Source of the DNA: an uncultured virus (IMG/VR IMGVR_UViG_3300002835_000011)
Lineage: Duplodnaviria; Heunggongvirae; Uroviricota; Caudoviricetes
Reading direction: 5' to 3' (one strand)
DNA length: 55,419 nt
Virus record (IMG/VR): IMGVR_UViG_3300002835_000011
Shown here in pieces: positions 27,786 to 37,353 of this stretch. Both the position numbers and the translations under genes were made by a program. Each line of letters begins with the position of its first letter. Within the stretch, counting starts at the first letter, position 1. The notes beneath the pieces were generated by a model. The model saw only the letters and a list, made by a program, of their open reading frames with translations, did no database searches and was not told where the DNA came from.

Positions 27786-30152
27786 TTATGATCCGCAAGC
27801 CTCGCAATCCTCTGGGTTATCTATACTACAAACTAAGTCGCTGTAGTTTTCCGATTCGGATTTAATAGGCTCTGCTCTAGATGTATCTATCCCCAGTCCT
27901 TTGATTGCTGTTGTTGCAGCTTTAGTTCTGATATAGTAGCTTCCGGTTTTTAATCCTTTGTCCCATCCATAAAAATGAGCGGATGAAAGTTTAGCAAAGT
28001 TAGCATCTTGTACAAATAAATTCATACTTTGACTTTGACATATAAAAGGAGCTCTAGTTGCAGCATGATCAATAATAATCTTCTGACTCATCTCCCAAGC
28101 AGTTTTGTAGATAGATTTAAGATCTTCTGGTATTTCTGGGATATCTTGTACAGATCCGTTGTTGATTATAATCTTATCTCTAAGACTTTCACTCCATAAT
28201 CCTATTTTAACTAGATCCTTAACTAAATGTTTATTAACAACAGGGAATTCACCAGATAATGTTTTTCTGATATAAATGTTAGAAGTGAAAGGTTCAAAAC
28301 ATTCGTTGTTTCCTAAAATCTGACTTGTTGAAGCAGTGGGCATAGGAGCAAGTAATAAAGAGTTTCTAGCTCCGTGTGTTTTAACTCTTTCTCTTAATTC
28401 TTCCCAATCCCATCTTGGACTAGGTGATTCATTCCATAGATCAAACTGAAATAATCCTTTGGATAGTGGAGATCCTTTGAATGTTTGGTATGCTCCCTCT
28501 TTTTCTGCAAGATCAACAGAAGCACACATAGCTCCGTAATAAATTGCTTCGAAAATATCCCTGTCTAAATTCTTAGCTTCATCAGACTCAAAAGGTATTT
28601 TTAAGATGGCAAACGTATCTGCCAAGCCTTGAACACCGATACCAATTGGTCTGTGCTTCATATTAGAAGTCTTAGTTTCTTTAGTAGGATAATAGTTAAC
28701 ATCAATTACTCTATTAAGGTTAATTGTTGCTGTGTAAGCTATATCCTTAAGAGCATTGAGATCGTATTTAGGTTTCTTACCAGGAATAATGAATTTAGGT
28801 AATGCAATAGAAGCTAAATTACAAACTGCTGTTTCTTTTGAATCTGAATACTCCATAATCTCCGTACAAAGATTGGAAGATTTAATAGTTCCTAAATTCT
28901 TCTGATTAGATTTTATATTAGCTGCATCCTTATAAAGCATGTAAGGAGTTCCTGTTTCAATCTGTGCTTCGATGATTTTGTACCAAAGTTCTTGAGCTTT
29001 AATTGTTTTTCTTCCTCTTCCTTCAGATTCATATTTTGTATAGAGTTTAACAAATTCATCTCCATATACATCATCAAGTCCAGGAGCTTCATCAGGTGAA
29101 AATAAAGTCCATTCCCCATCAGCCTTAACTCTTTCCATAAACAGATCAGGAGTCCACAAAGCCAAGAAAAGATCTCTCGCTCTCATTTCCTCTTTACCGT
29201 GATTCTTTCTAAGATTTAAGAAGTCCTCAACGTCACAGTGCCAAGGCTCTAGGTAAATAGCAAAAGATCCTTTTCTTCTACCACCTCCTTGATCAACATA
29301 TCTAGCAGTTTCGTTGAATACTTTTAACATCGGTATAATACCATTAGATGTTCCGTTGGTTCCTTTGATATACGCTCCTGTTCCTCTTATGTTATGAATG
29401 TGTAATCCAATACCTCCAGCATTTTTAGATATTTGTGCTACATCAGATAATGTTTTATAGATGCCCTGGATTGAATCGTCGTCCATTGATACTAAGAAAC
29501 ATGAAGAAAGCTGTGGTCTTCTAGTTCCGGAGTTAAATAATGTAGGGGTAGCGTGTGTGAAGAATCCCTGGCTCATTAAATCGTAAGTTCTATAAGCAGA
29601 AGCTAGATCTTCCTTGTGAATACCAATAGCAACTCTCATTAACATTTGCTGTGGCCTTTCTGCTGGTTGCCCGTCAATTTTTAAAAGATATGATTTTTCT
29701 AAAGTTTTATACCCAAAATAATCATAATCCAAATCTCTATCAGTGATGATCTGTGAATCTATATCCTTAAAGTTTTCAGATATGATTTTGTAAATATCAT
29801 CAGCAATCATTGGTGCTTTTAGCCCGGTCTTAGGATCTACATAATTGTACAATTGCTCAATTACAGCAGAGAAGCTTTTTGGAGTTCTTTTGTGTAGGGA
29901 AGTAACGCTAATCCTAGCTGCTAATATTGAATAATCGGGATGTGTCGGAGTTAAAGCAGCTGCTGTCTCTGCTGCTAAAACGTCAAGCTCTACTGATGAA
30001 ATCCCATCATATAAACCATGAATAACCTTTTTAGCGATCTCCATTGGTTCAATATAATCCATATTTAAACCATAACACTGCTTCTTAACTCTATTTAAGA
30101 TCTTGTCTAGCTTAACTCTTTCTCTCGAGCCATCTCTTTTTATTACTTCCAT
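27786..30152 (-). CDS. nrdA: Class Ia ribonucleotide reductase, large subunit, with ATP cone
   Basis: VIKRDG ATP cone, ATPTLFN, QLSSCF, SNLCTEI, PMPTAS, C-terminal CEACGS. Confidence 0.97.
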   Translation of the reverse strand: MEVIKRDGSRERVKLDKILNRVKKQCYGLNMDYIEPMEIAKKVIHGLYDGISSVELDVLAAETAAALTPTHPDYSILAARISVTSLHKRTPKSFSAVIEQLYNYVDPKTGLKAPMIADDIYKIISENFKDIDSQIITDRDLDYDYFGYKTLEKSYLLKIDGQPAERPQQMLMRVAIGIHKEDLASAYRTYDLMSQGFFTHATPTLFNSGTRRPQLSSCFLVSMDDDSIQGIYKTLSDVAQISKNAGGIGLHIHNIRGTGAYIKGTNGTSNGIIPMLKVFNETARYVDQGGGRRKGSFAIYLEPWHCDVEDFLNLRKNHGKEEMRARDLFLALWTPDLFMERVKADGEWTLFSPDEAPGLDDVYGDEFVKLYTKYESEGRGRKTIKAQELWYKIIEAQIETGTPYMLYKDAANIKSNQKNLGTIKSSNLCTEIMEYSDSKETAVCNLASIALPKFIIPGKKPKYDLNALKDIAYTATINLNRVIDVNYYPTKETKTSNMKHRPIGIGVQGLADTFAILKIPFESDEAKNLDRDIFEAIYYGAMCASVDLAEKEGAYQTFKGSPLSKGLFQFDLWNESPSPRWDWEELRERVKTHGARNSLLLAPMPTASTSQILGNNECFEPFTSNIYIRKTLSGEFPVVNKHLVKDLVKIGLWSESLRDKIIINNGSVQDIPEIPEDLKSIYKTAWEMSQKIIIDHAATRAPFICQSQSMNLFVQDANFAKLSSAHFYGWDKGLKTGSYYIRTKAATTAIKGLGIDTSRAEPIKSESENYSDLVCSIDNPEDCEACGS

Positions 30153-30174
30153 TTTATTTTTTATTTTACTTTTT

Positions 30175-30203
30175 CTTTTAGGGACTTTTTATCCAACAGT
30201 TTC
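30175..30203 (-). promoter_or_regulatory. GAAAC-N18-TAAAAG putative early/middle promoter
   Basis: 22 nt upstream of the nrdA ATG; conserved spacing. Confidence 0.55.
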
Positions 30204-30228
30204 TTTGTTTTAAAAAAAATTAATCGAT

Positions 30229-30312
30229 TAGTTTGGAGATATCAGAAATGAACTTATGTGTTAGGTGTATAAAAATTCCATTTCTAAGGTTATTGATATC
30301 TCTCATAAACTA
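30229..30312 (-). other. Long imperfect hairpin in the nrdB-nrdA spacer, overlapping a 28-codon ORF (30220..30306)
   Basis: Nested arms TAGTTT/AAACTA, GAGATATCA/TGATATCTC and GAAATG/CATTTC. Confidence 0.45.
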
Positions 30313-30329
30313 GTGAACTTATTTGATTT

Positions 30330-30337
30330 TATATATC
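30330..30337 (-). promoter_or_regulatory. GATATATA putative late promoter
   Basis: Exact motif in the nrdB-nrdA spacer. Confidence 0.5.
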
Positions 30338-30360
30338 GAAGAGAATATTCTAACAGGGGG

Positions 30361-31341
30361 CTAAAAATCAGCATCTAACGAAAAAGTTTTACCACTATTT
30401 CCATTTTCTTTTGTGCTGTCCATAACACCCGATTTTTGATAAGATCCCACTCTTCCTTCGAAGAAATTTCCCTTGTTCTCTAGTGCAATGTTTACCATAA
30501 AATCAAAAGGACACTTAGTATTAAATATTTTAGAGCATCCTAAAGAAACTAGAAGTCTATCTGCTACGAATTCAATGTATTCGCACATAAGATCAGAATT
30601 CATTCCAATGAGTCTAACAGGTAAAGATGATGTTACGAACTCCTTTTCTATCTCTACAGCTTCCGTAATTATCTGTCTCACTGTTTCTTCTGGAAGTTTA
30701 TTTTCGATGTGTTTAGTGTAAAGTAAACAAGCAAAATCGCAATGTAATCCTTCGTCTCTTGATATTAATTCATTAGCAAAGCAAAGACCAGGCATCAATC
30801 CTCTTTTCTTTAACCAGAAGATAGAACAGAATGATCCAGAAAAGAAAATACCCTCCACTGCGGCAAAAGCTATAAGTGTTTCTGTGAAAGAGCCTTTCTC
30901 AATCCATTTCATAGCCCAGTCCGCTTTTCTTTTAACAGATGGAACAGTATCTATAGCATTAAACAAATGCTCTTTCTCTTCCTCGTCATTTATATAAGTG
31001 TCAATTAATAAAGAATATGTTTCCCCGTGTATATTTTCTATAGCTAATTGAAACCCGTAAAAACATCTTGCTTCAGGATATTGTACTTGATTGAAAAAGT
31101 TAGCAGCAAGATTCTCGTTAACTATTCCGTCCGAATTGTTAAAGAAAGCAATTACGTGTTTAATGAAGTATCTTTCATTATCATTTAGTTTATCTCTCCA
31201 ATGAGTGATGTCTTGAGCTAAATCTATTTCCTCCGCAGTCCAAAAAGAAGCCTCAGCAGTTTTGTACATGGTCCACATATCGTGTTGTTGGACAGGGAAT
31301 AATGAGAATCTTTTCGGATTTGGGGTAAGTAACTTTTCCAT
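30361..31341 (-). CDS. nrdB: Class Ia ribonucleotide reductase, small subunit
   Basis: [38 protein letters not shown]. Confidence 0.96.
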   Translation of the reverse strand: MEKLLTPNPKRFSLFPVQQHDMWTMYKTAEASFWTAEEIDLAQDITHWRDKLNDNERYFIKHVIAFFNNSDGIVNENLAANFFNQVQYPEARCFYGFQLAIENIHGETYSLLIDTYINDEEEKEHLFNAIDTVPSVKRKADWAMKWIEKGSFTETLIAFAAVEGIFFSGSFCSIFWLKKRGLMPGLCFANELISRDEGLHCDFACLLYTKHIENKLPEETVRQIITEAVEIEKEFVTSSLPVRLIGMNSDLMCEYIEFVADRLLVSLGCSKIFNTKCPFDFMVNIALENKGNFFEGRVGSYQKSGVMDSTKENGNSGKTFSLDADF

Positions 31342-31393
31342 TTTATTTTTATATTATTTATATTGTTTCTTATCTACGGGGGTTATTTATATA

Positions 31394-31858
31394 TTAATAT
31401 CCTCTCTCTTGTCTGTCATGATTTTCGGAATTTTTTGCCATATAAAGATTAACAATATCTTTACTGGTCATTCCCATAGAAATACCAAAATTCATGAAGA
31501 AATGTAATCCATCAATCCATTCATAAAATAGCTCTAATCTGTCATTTTCACTAAGATCTGATATTTTCATCTCAGCAGCTTTCTTGTTATCACCTTTCCA
31601 GTATTTCCATCCCGCAGAACCAATACCATCATTAACTCCTCCAAGCGCATCAAACATCTCGTTTAATTCATCACTTAGTGCATGTTTGTTAACCATCCAG
31701 AAATCAGCTATTTGTTTCAAAGTCCAATCTTTAAAATCGAAGCCGTATCTTTTCTGTAATTCTGCTTGTTTGTTGTAAATTAATCCAAGAGTATCGTTTA
31801 CCCCTGTGTGGAAATCTTCTACCGGAAGATCCGCGCATTTGTTGTCTGTATTTGCCAT
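31394..31858 (-). CDS. All-alpha NTP pyrophosphatase (dimeric dUTPase/T4 gp56-like)
   Basis: DELNEM, WKYWK, EWIDGLHF, YMAKNSENHDRQERGY. Confidence 0.75.
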   Translation of the reverse strand: MANTDNKCADLPVEDFHTGVNDTLGLIYNKQAELQKRYGFDFKDWTLKQIADFWMVNKHALSDELNEMFDALGGVNDGIGSAGWKYWKGDNKKAAEMKISDLSENDRLELFYEWIDGLHFFMNFGISMGMTSKDIVNLYMAKNSENHDRQERGY

Positions 31859-31861
31859 AAT

Positions 31862-33268
31862 TTATGATTTTGCTTTTATTGCTTTTTTAATTTTCTCTAT
31901 TTCTTTTTCACATTCAAAATATTTTTTCTTCGTAGCTTTTCTTTGTGCATAAAGGCCTTGTAATATTTCTCTAAGTATTGGTTCCTTACCTTCTTTGCTA
32001 TAGAATACTGCTCCTGATGAAGTTTTAATAGCTCCCTCTGGTATCTCTTTAAGATTTTTACCAATATAAACTTCCGGTGATATTCCCCACTGCATCATTG
32101 TATTAGGATACAGTGAAGCAAAGTCAAAACAAGCGATCCACTCATATAAACCCCTTTCAGGTTTCTTTACATAAGCTCCTTCGAACTTAACATGGGATTC
32201 GCCTTTTCTCTCATTTACTATTACTCTTTTTCTTTCCATGAATTTTCTGAGCATCAGAACCTCTGTTGTCCAAACTGGTGAAAGGGCTCTGTCTATCTCT
32301 ACTCTACTAACTTCGGCGATTTTAAAAAAAGTAGATATAGTGTCCAGTCTTTTATCTATGTAATGGACTAATGCACAGTCAACTGCATTATAGAAAATAA
32401 ATGTCTCAAAGTCGGATTCATATAAATCTTTTAGTGTTCCGTTGTAGGAAATTTTCTTTATTCCTATTGCCTGATTAGCAACATAATCTAATGAATTGGA
32501 CTCACGTATCTTGATAACTCTATCCCACTTTTTATAGATGTCCAGGTAATCCACCATAAGTACATGTAGAGGAATCTGGTTTACCCCTGTAAGGATTCCA
32601 CTAGGTGAAGCTATTCTTGGATCTATTCCAAGTCTTTTTGCTCTGTTCATTAGATATGGCCAGTCATACCCAAACCAGTTCCATCCAGTTATCAAAGGCA
32701 TCTTTGGTACCAGCTTAGAAAGGAATGTGTAAAGCATATCAAACTCAGTTTCGAACTTTCTGTAATTAAAAGTCCATTCCCCTGGTAGATCTTTAAAGTG
32801 TTCCTTGATTCTTTTTTCTATCTTTAGGATCTTATCCTGTGGCATATCTTCTAGGCCAATAACCAATATTTTTCCTTGCGATGAAGCCATCCCTATAGAA
32901 AGAACACGGTTTTTTGAATTCTCTGTGTCTAATGAATCTGCCCTGTTGTCAGTTATTTCAACCTCAATATCTACAAAGTATTTTTTTGGTGTCTGATAAT
33001 CCCAAAGAGGTTTTGTTATTTGTGGATCAATAGCTTCTAATATCTCCACAGTTCTATATTTGTCGAATCTACTGGAAGATACTTTCTTAACTGGAAAATT
33101 GTCCCACGATCTCCATTCGCTATCCTTATTTCTGTCGTTTTCAGATGTCTTCTGCCAAACAAAATTTAGATGCTTAGGAACAGGTATTTCTAGCATGTTA
33201 ACGTCACCCTCTTCTGTGTAATGAGATACTGTAAGTCCCTTTCCCGTGTTCTCTATATTAATGATCAT
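31862..33268 (-). CDS. Family B DNA polymerase, N-terminal subunit (3'-5' exonuclease, motif A, first fingers helix)
   Basis: FVDIE, TGWNWFGYDWPY, YNAVD, FEGAYV, FDFASLYP; ends after YAQRK with a charged helix. Confidence 0.9.
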   Translation of the reverse strand: MIINIENTGKGLTVSHYTEEGDVNMLEIPVPKHLNFVWQKTSENDRNKDSEWRSWDNFPVKKVSSSRFDKYRTVEILEAIDPQITKPLWDYQTPKKYFVDIEVEITDNRADSLDTENSKNRVLSIGMASSQGKILVIGLEDMPQDKILKIEKRIKEHFKDLPGEWTFNYRKFETEFDMLYTFLSKLVPKMPLITGWNWFGYDWPYLMNRAKRLGIDPRIASPSGILTGVNQIPLHVLMVDYLDIYKKWDRVIKIRESNSLDYVANQAIGIKKISYNGTLKDLYESDFETFIFYNAVDCALVHYIDKRLDTISTFFKIAEVSRVEIDRALSPVWTTEVLMLRKFMERKRVIVNERKGESHVKFEGAYVKKPERGLYEWIACFDFASLYPNTMMQWGISPEVYIGKNLKEIPEGAIKTSSGAVFYSKEGKEPILREILQGLYAQRKATKKKYFECEKEIEKIKKAIKAKS

Positions 33269-33272
33269 ACTT

Positions 33273-33301
33273 ATTTTATGACCCTAAGGCAAAGAGGTTT
33301 C
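33273..33301 (-). promoter_or_regulatory. GAAAC-N18-TAAAAT putative early/middle promoter
   Basis: 4 nt upstream of the polymerase N-subunit ATG. Confidence 0.65.
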
Positions 33302-33320
33302 AAAAAGGAATATATATTAG

Positions 33321-33626
33321 GTGAAAAAAATTCTAACCTTCAAATTATTCGAACAGATTTACCTGAATGCTGTAAATCCTTTTAGCAAAGAAAAAAAATA
33401 TGCTCGGGGGTTAAGGTTCGCAAACAAGATAGAAGCAATTAACTCTGTGAGAAAGGTTCAGGAAATGCTTGATAAAAAAGAGATCACATTAAAAGATGCA
33501 ATCATAGCATCTTATATAATGTCCAAAAGAGCAGAGCTTCACAAATATCCAAGTCCTTCTATAAAGGAAGGAGGGATGGTATGGGATGATTATATGAAAC
33601 AGCTAAAAAGGAAGGAAGAAAACTAA
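33321..33626 (+). CDS. Hypothetical tagged protein
   Basis: 101 aa; starts MKKILTFKLFEQ (GTG); variant AATATATA motif at 33309-33316. Confidence 0.7.
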   Translation: MKKILTFKLFEQIYLNAVNPFSKEKKYARGLRFANKIEAINSVRKVQEMLDKKEITLKDAIIASYIMSKRAELHKYPSPSIKEGGMVWDDYMKQLKRKEEN

Positions 33627-34210
33627 GCAGATTTATCCGTTTTAAGATATTCTACAAACTTCTTTATTATAGACTCAAAATTATAGCTGTCATGGGACAC
33701 AGAAGGCGCTTTAGGAGTGTTTTTAGTCCAATCCTTTATATACTTATAGAAAACCTTAAAAGATGCTGGCAGCTGGTCTTTATCTTCACTTTTGTTAACC
33801 TCCTGTATTGATTTAGAAAATCCCATTAAAAACTTATCCACCTCGTTTTTCTGGGCTTTCTCTAAATCACAGAAATCGAAAAATATTGATACTATCTCCC
33901 AAACATTACTTGCAGTAACATCAGGGAATCCTTTCTTTACACGATCCTCTCCTGAAGGTGTAGTTACCTTACATTCACAAACAGATTTTTTATCAGTTGA
34001 TTTTTCCTTGGACGAATAGAACTCTATTCTAGCTTCCTCTTTAGGATCTTTTTTGTTATAGATTATAGAAAATGTTCCATCCTTACTAAATACCAGATAT
34101 CCACTCTCCTCTTTCTTGTCAAAAGATCCCTCGTTGCTTATTATTGACCAGTTTGCAGTTACCATCTGCATTTTCTCAAATAGCTGTTTATACGTTAACA
34201 AGTGATTCAT
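33623..34210 (-). CDS. Hypothetical tagged protein
   Basis: 195 aa; starts MNHLLTYKQLFEK; variant AATATATA motif at 34215-34222. Confidence 0.7.
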   Translation of the reverse strand: MNHLLTYKQLFEKMQMVTANWSIISNEGSFDKKEESGYLVFSKDGTFSIIYNKKDPKEEARIEFYSSKEKSTDKKSVCECKVTTPSGEDRVKKGFPDVTASNVWEIVSIFFDFCDLEKAQKNEVDKFLMGFSKSIQEVNKSEDKDQLPASFKVFYKYIKDWTKNTPKAPSVSHDSYNFESIIKKFVEYLKTDKSA

Positions 34211-34220
34211 ATAGTATATA

Positions 34221-34607
34221 TTATCGAACCCCTTCTAAATACATTTTTAGCTTCTTATCCTTTGGTATAAATGATAAATCCTCAGTAACAAATATTCTCC
34301 AAGCTTCCCTACCATAATCGCCAATACCTGGGAATTTAAAGGGATCTCTTATACCGGATTCCCAGGCAGAAGAAAATTGCTTTATCCTTTTTGCCTTTAC
34401 GTTTTGGAATCCAGTTGTTTTTATAAAATCAGAAATGGCCGAATCCTCCTCAACCATTACAGATTTAGAATTTGGCCATTTTTTAAAAAAATTCTCTATT
34501 AAGGGCCTTACCTGTTTGTTGCTAGTTTGGTTTAATAATATACAACAAACTAGAACTTTCCATGGGTCCTCCGAGTAATCTTCTTGTATTATCTTAATTC
34601 TATTCAC
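34221..34607 (-). CDS. Minimal HhH-GPD DNA glycosylase (MBD4-like)
   Basis: DPWKVLVCCILLNQT, FPGIGDYG (HhH), PKDKKL. Confidence 0.8.
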   Translation of the reverse strand: MNRIKIIQEDYSEDPWKVLVCCILLNQTSNKQVRPLIENFFKKWPNSKSVMVEEDSAISDFIKTTGFQNVKAKRIKQFSSAWESGIRDPFKFPGIGDYGREAWRIFVTEDLSFIPKDKKLKMYLEGVR

Positions 34608-34688
34608 ATAGCTAAACTAAGAAATATACATCTTAGTTTGTATAATTTCTTTAAATTTTATGCGTTTTGTAAATAAAAACGTATTAGA

Positions 34689-35159
34689 CTACTGATTGGA
34701 TTTACTAGATTTCATAAAGCTTCTAAAGTCCATAAGAGAAGTACTTATTGGATTTTTAGTTTCTTTAGATGCTTTCTTCTTTTTTTTTCTAGCTGCAGGA
34801 GTTCCAACAGTTAAGCTTGGAAATTGATCTCCAGATCCAGTTCTACCCGGTCCTGGAGGAACTACGTTTCCCATTCCTGGGGTTCCGGCTAAAGAAGCCA
34901 TCGCACCACCGCCTTCATCTACTTCTGCTGCAATTTTATCTTTAAATACTCTGTACATACCTCTCTCACCTTCGATAATATATCCTATAACCTCGCCTAC
35001 GCTGTTTCGGATTGAATCATCAACCCTACCGCTTCTACCATCTATAAGAGAAACCTTTTTTCCTACTAACGGATCCTGTTCATATCTAGAAGATGTAGAA
35101 TAGGTTTCATAATTTCTAATGTTATCTGTGGTTGCTCCACATCCGCAATCTTCGCTCAT
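34689..35159 (-). CDS. Hypothetical protein with an SH3-like module and a C-terminal tag-like motif
   Basis: PLVGKKVSLIDGRSGRV; TPGMGNV; ends SLMDFRSFMK. Confidence 0.7.
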   Translation of the reverse strand: MSEDCGCGATTDNIRNYETYSTSSRYEQDPLVGKKVSLIDGRSGRVDDSIRNSVGEVIGYIIEGERGMYRVFKDKIAAEVDEGGGAMASLAGTPGMGNVVPPGPGRTGSGDQFPSLTVGTPAARKKKKKASKETKNPISTSLMDFRSFMKSSKSNQ

Positions 35160-35497
35160 TTTTTATTATTTTTTTTGTTAGTGAATTCTCTATAGTCTGC
35201 AAGATTCTGCATCTTTCTAGATTTACTTTTTCTTGGTTTATTTGACTCTGGACTAAGATGTGGTATTATTGTACTTATGTTTTCACCAATCTCTTCCGGT
35301 AATCTCTTATGCTTAGTACTTGCAAAATCCTTAAGGGATTTCTTCTTCATATTTTTAGCAATATCAACTATAGTTTCCCTGTATGTGGATTTTATATCAT
35401 CAGGATTTATTCCATCTTTTCCATTAGTGTCCATCCATTTACGTACACCATATGCTTGTCCCATTAATCTCTGCTGTGTTTTAGATACTGCTGGCAT
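35156..35497 (-). CDS. Small basic protein (DUF3008-like)
   Basis: MPAVSKTQQRLMG...LKDFASTKHKRLPE; ends NLADYREF. Confidence 0.7.
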   Translation of the reverse strand: MPAVSKTQQRLMGQAYGVRKWMDTNGKDGINPDDIKSTYRETIVDIAKNMKKKSLKDFASTKHKRLPEEIGENISTIIPHLSPESNKPRKSKSRKMQNLADYREFTNKKNNKK

Positions 35498-35501
35498 AAA
35501 T

Positions 35502-35675
35502 TTATGTTTTTTGGAATTTTGGTTTTTTCTTTATATATTCGTTCCAAGTCCATATAAATCTTCTATAGTTGTTTTTAACCATATTGAATCCTGTATCACC
35601 ATCTGGAATTTTCACAGGAGAAACAGGTGGCTCATAAGAGCTAGTTTCTGCGGAATGTTCTCTCGTTTTTTTCAT
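35502..35675 (-). CDS. Small hypothetical protein, 57 aa, not in the ORF track
   Basis: Translated by hand: MKKTREHSAETSSYEPPVSPVKIPDGDTGFNMVKNNYRRFIWTWNEYIKKKPKFQKT. Confidence 0.6.
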   Translation of the reverse strand: MKKTREHSAETSSYEPPVSPVKIPDGDTGFNMVKNNYRRFIWTWNEYIKKKPKFQKT

Positions 35676-35694
35676 CTATGTTAAATAACGGGAC

Positions 35695-35731
35695 AAAAAA
35701 AATCCCGACAGATTATATATCTATCGGGATT
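35695..35731 (-). terminator. Intrinsic terminator containing a GATATATA motif (35714-35721)
   Basis: Minus-strand stem AATCCCGATAGAT/ATCTGTCGGGATT, loop ATATA, followed by a T tract. Confidence 0.8.
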
Positions 35732-35748
35732 AAATAAAAGAATTTTTA

Positions 35749-35979
35749 TTACCCTCTCATCTGTACTACTGATTCGATTTTAGATTGAGCTACCGCAGTA
35801 ACTTCAAAATCTAAATGAGCAGTTGCATTGTCTCCAGCCAAATGCTTATGAAGGGTAGCTTCTGCATCAGTAACACTCTCAGCTTCAACTAAGATCTCTG
35901 ATTTAGATGCTTTTGCTTTTCCTGTACTTTTAGAAACCTCGCCAGTAAAAAAGCTAACTTTACAAATATAATAACCCAT
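35749..35979 (-). CDS. DUF4494-like small protein
   Basis: YYICKV...EILVEAESVTDAEA...SKIESV resembles Bacteroidetes DUF4494. Confidence 0.6.
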   Translation of the reverse strand: MGYYICKVSFFTGEVSKSTGKAKASKSEILVEAESVTDAEATLHKHLAGDNATAHLDFEVTAVAQSKIESVVQMRG

Positions 35980-35984
35980 AAAGA

Positions 35985-36164
35985 TTAAGCTTTAGTGTTT
36001 TTAGTTTCTTGTACATTTACTCTTAGGTCTTGAGCTAATTTCTTAAGCTCTTGACAAGCTGTACGAACTCTAGTTCCTGCAGATTTGTTTCCTTTAGCGT
36101 AGAAAGCATCCATATCTTTTTCCATGTTTGCTACCAATTCTTTGATTTTTTCGTAAGTTTCCAT
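35985..36164 (-). CDS. Histone H1-like (Hc1-type) small DNA-binding protein, 59 aa, not in the ORF track
   Basis: Translated by hand: METYEKIKELVANMEKDMDAFYAKGNKSAGTRVRTACQELKKLAQDLRVNVQETKNTKA; GNKSAGTR.R signature. Confidence 0.8.
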   Translation of the reverse strand: METYEKIKELVANMEKDMDAFYAKGNKSAGTRVRTACQELKKLAQDLRVNVQETKNTKA

Positions 36165-36180
36165 TGTTAAATATTTTATA

Positions 36181-36209
36181 GTTATACAGCAAATGTATAG
36201 AAATGTTTC
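36181..36209 (-). promoter_or_regulatory. GAAAC-N18-TATAAC putative promoter, also containing TACATTTG (Bacteroidetes -7 box)
   Basis: Upstream of the Hc1-like gene. Confidence 0.6.
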
Positions 36210-36231
36210 ATTTTAACCCCGTTTAGATAGG

Positions 36232-36543
36232 TTATTCGTTAACTTTAGCTGATTTTAGTATTCTTTTTCCTAGTGTGGTTAGTGAAAAATAGTTGGCTTC
36301 CTCTTCCTCTACCTTATATTTTATGTATTTCTTTTGCCCTCTCACCCAATTCATGCTTGGTTTTTTTCCTGAGGCATCCTCTGGTATACTATCTAGGAAT
36401 TCGATTAGTTCTCTCTTTGTAACTTTTTCATTCTCGCCTATAAATGAGAGAACCTTTATTGTTGTTTGCGAAGGCTTAGCCCATGCAATAGGAATTCTTG
36501 ATTCGTTTACAAATTCTTCGTATGAAAGAATCTTATTATTCAT
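36232..36543 (-). CDS. Tagged small winged-helix-like protein
   Basis: Starts MNNKILSYEEFVNES; VTKRELIEFL...YFSLTTLGKRIL. Confidence 0.65.
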   Translation of the reverse strand: MNNKILSYEEFVNESRIPIAWAKPSQTTIKVLSFIGENEKVTKRELIEFLDSIPEDASGKKPSMNWVRGQKKYIKYKVEEEEANYFSLTTLGKRILKSAKVNE

Positions 36544-37072
36544 GATCTCTTCTACTATAAAGTAACGTTCTTTCAGATGATCCGTCTTGTACGCTCCATC
36601 TATCGTAGCTCCATTGATCCATTAGAGATTCTGTTCGATCCTTATACTCATCCATATCGATCTCTAAATTAAGAGGAATCTCATCATAGATCTTAGAAAC
36701 TTTAGGATTGCTCTGTAAATAATCTTTGATACACTCTCCCATTATTTTATAGAATCTCATGAACTCAGATTTACTCAATGGGAATTCGTCATCTTCTCTG
36801 GATTTATAATCAGTGTCTCTAACTAAATAGTCGTCCATAACAGACTCTTTTATAGGTTCAACTGAAATAACACAGTAACTATTCTCTGCTTCATCTATAG
36901 AGCTTTCTCTAGATAGCTTGCCTATATTTACTATAAAGCCATGAGTTTCTTCTTCACCTTCTATCTTAAAAAAGTACTTGGAAACTTTACCTTCCTTCTT
37001 TTTGAAGAAAAAATCTCTTCCAAATCCATCTTCTTCGAATAAGAACTGTTCAAATAGTTTAATATGTTTCAT
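36536..37072 (-). CDS. Hypothetical tagged protein
   Basis: Starts MKHIKLFEQFLFEE at ATG 37072. Confidence 0.75.
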   Translation of the reverse strand: MKHIKLFEQFLFEEDGFGRDFFFKKKEGKVSKYFFKIEGEEETHGFIVNIGKLSRESSIDEAENSYCVISVEPIKESVMDDYLVRDTDYKSREDDEFPLSKSEFMRFYKIMGECIKDYLQSNPKVSKIYDEIPLNLEIDMDEYKDRTESLMDQWSYDRWSVQDGSSERTLLYSRRDHE

Positions 37073-37077
37073 AATTT

Positions 37078-37350
37078 TCAATTGTCTCCTTTTCTAGGAA
37101 AAACAGCAGAAGTGTTAGGAATATACCTCTTGTTTTTTCTTTTAAATATTTCTCCTCTTACCACGTTGCCATAGTATTTATCTATAAGATTCCATCCCTC
37201 TTCTAACTCGCCTAGATCAACATCGTCCATCTTTGCAAATTCTTCCCTAACAGCATTTATCTTTTCAATAGCCTCTTCTAAAAGCTTCTTGCTATTAGAA
37301 AGGTCATACTTGTACATATGACCTTCCTTTATTTCGCTGTATTTTTTCAT
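37078..37350 (-). CDS. Hypothetical protein with a short tag-like start
   Basis: 90 aa; starts MKKYSEIKEG. Confidence 0.65.
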   Translation of the reverse strand: MKKYSEIKEGHMYKYDLSNSKKLLEEAIEKINAVREEFAKMDDVDLGELEEGWNLIDKYYGNVVRGEIFKRKNKRYIPNTSAVFPRKGDN

Positions 37351-37353
37351 TAA

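Noticed and set aside
14695..33268. Split intein joining the polymerase halves
   Set aside because: No intein N-terminal C/S block after the N-half and no HN-C/S/T motif before the C-half
34614..34639. 9-bp inverted repeat upstream of the glycosylase gene
   Set aside because: AT-rich, weak stem without a clear U tract; cannot be assigned as terminator or operator
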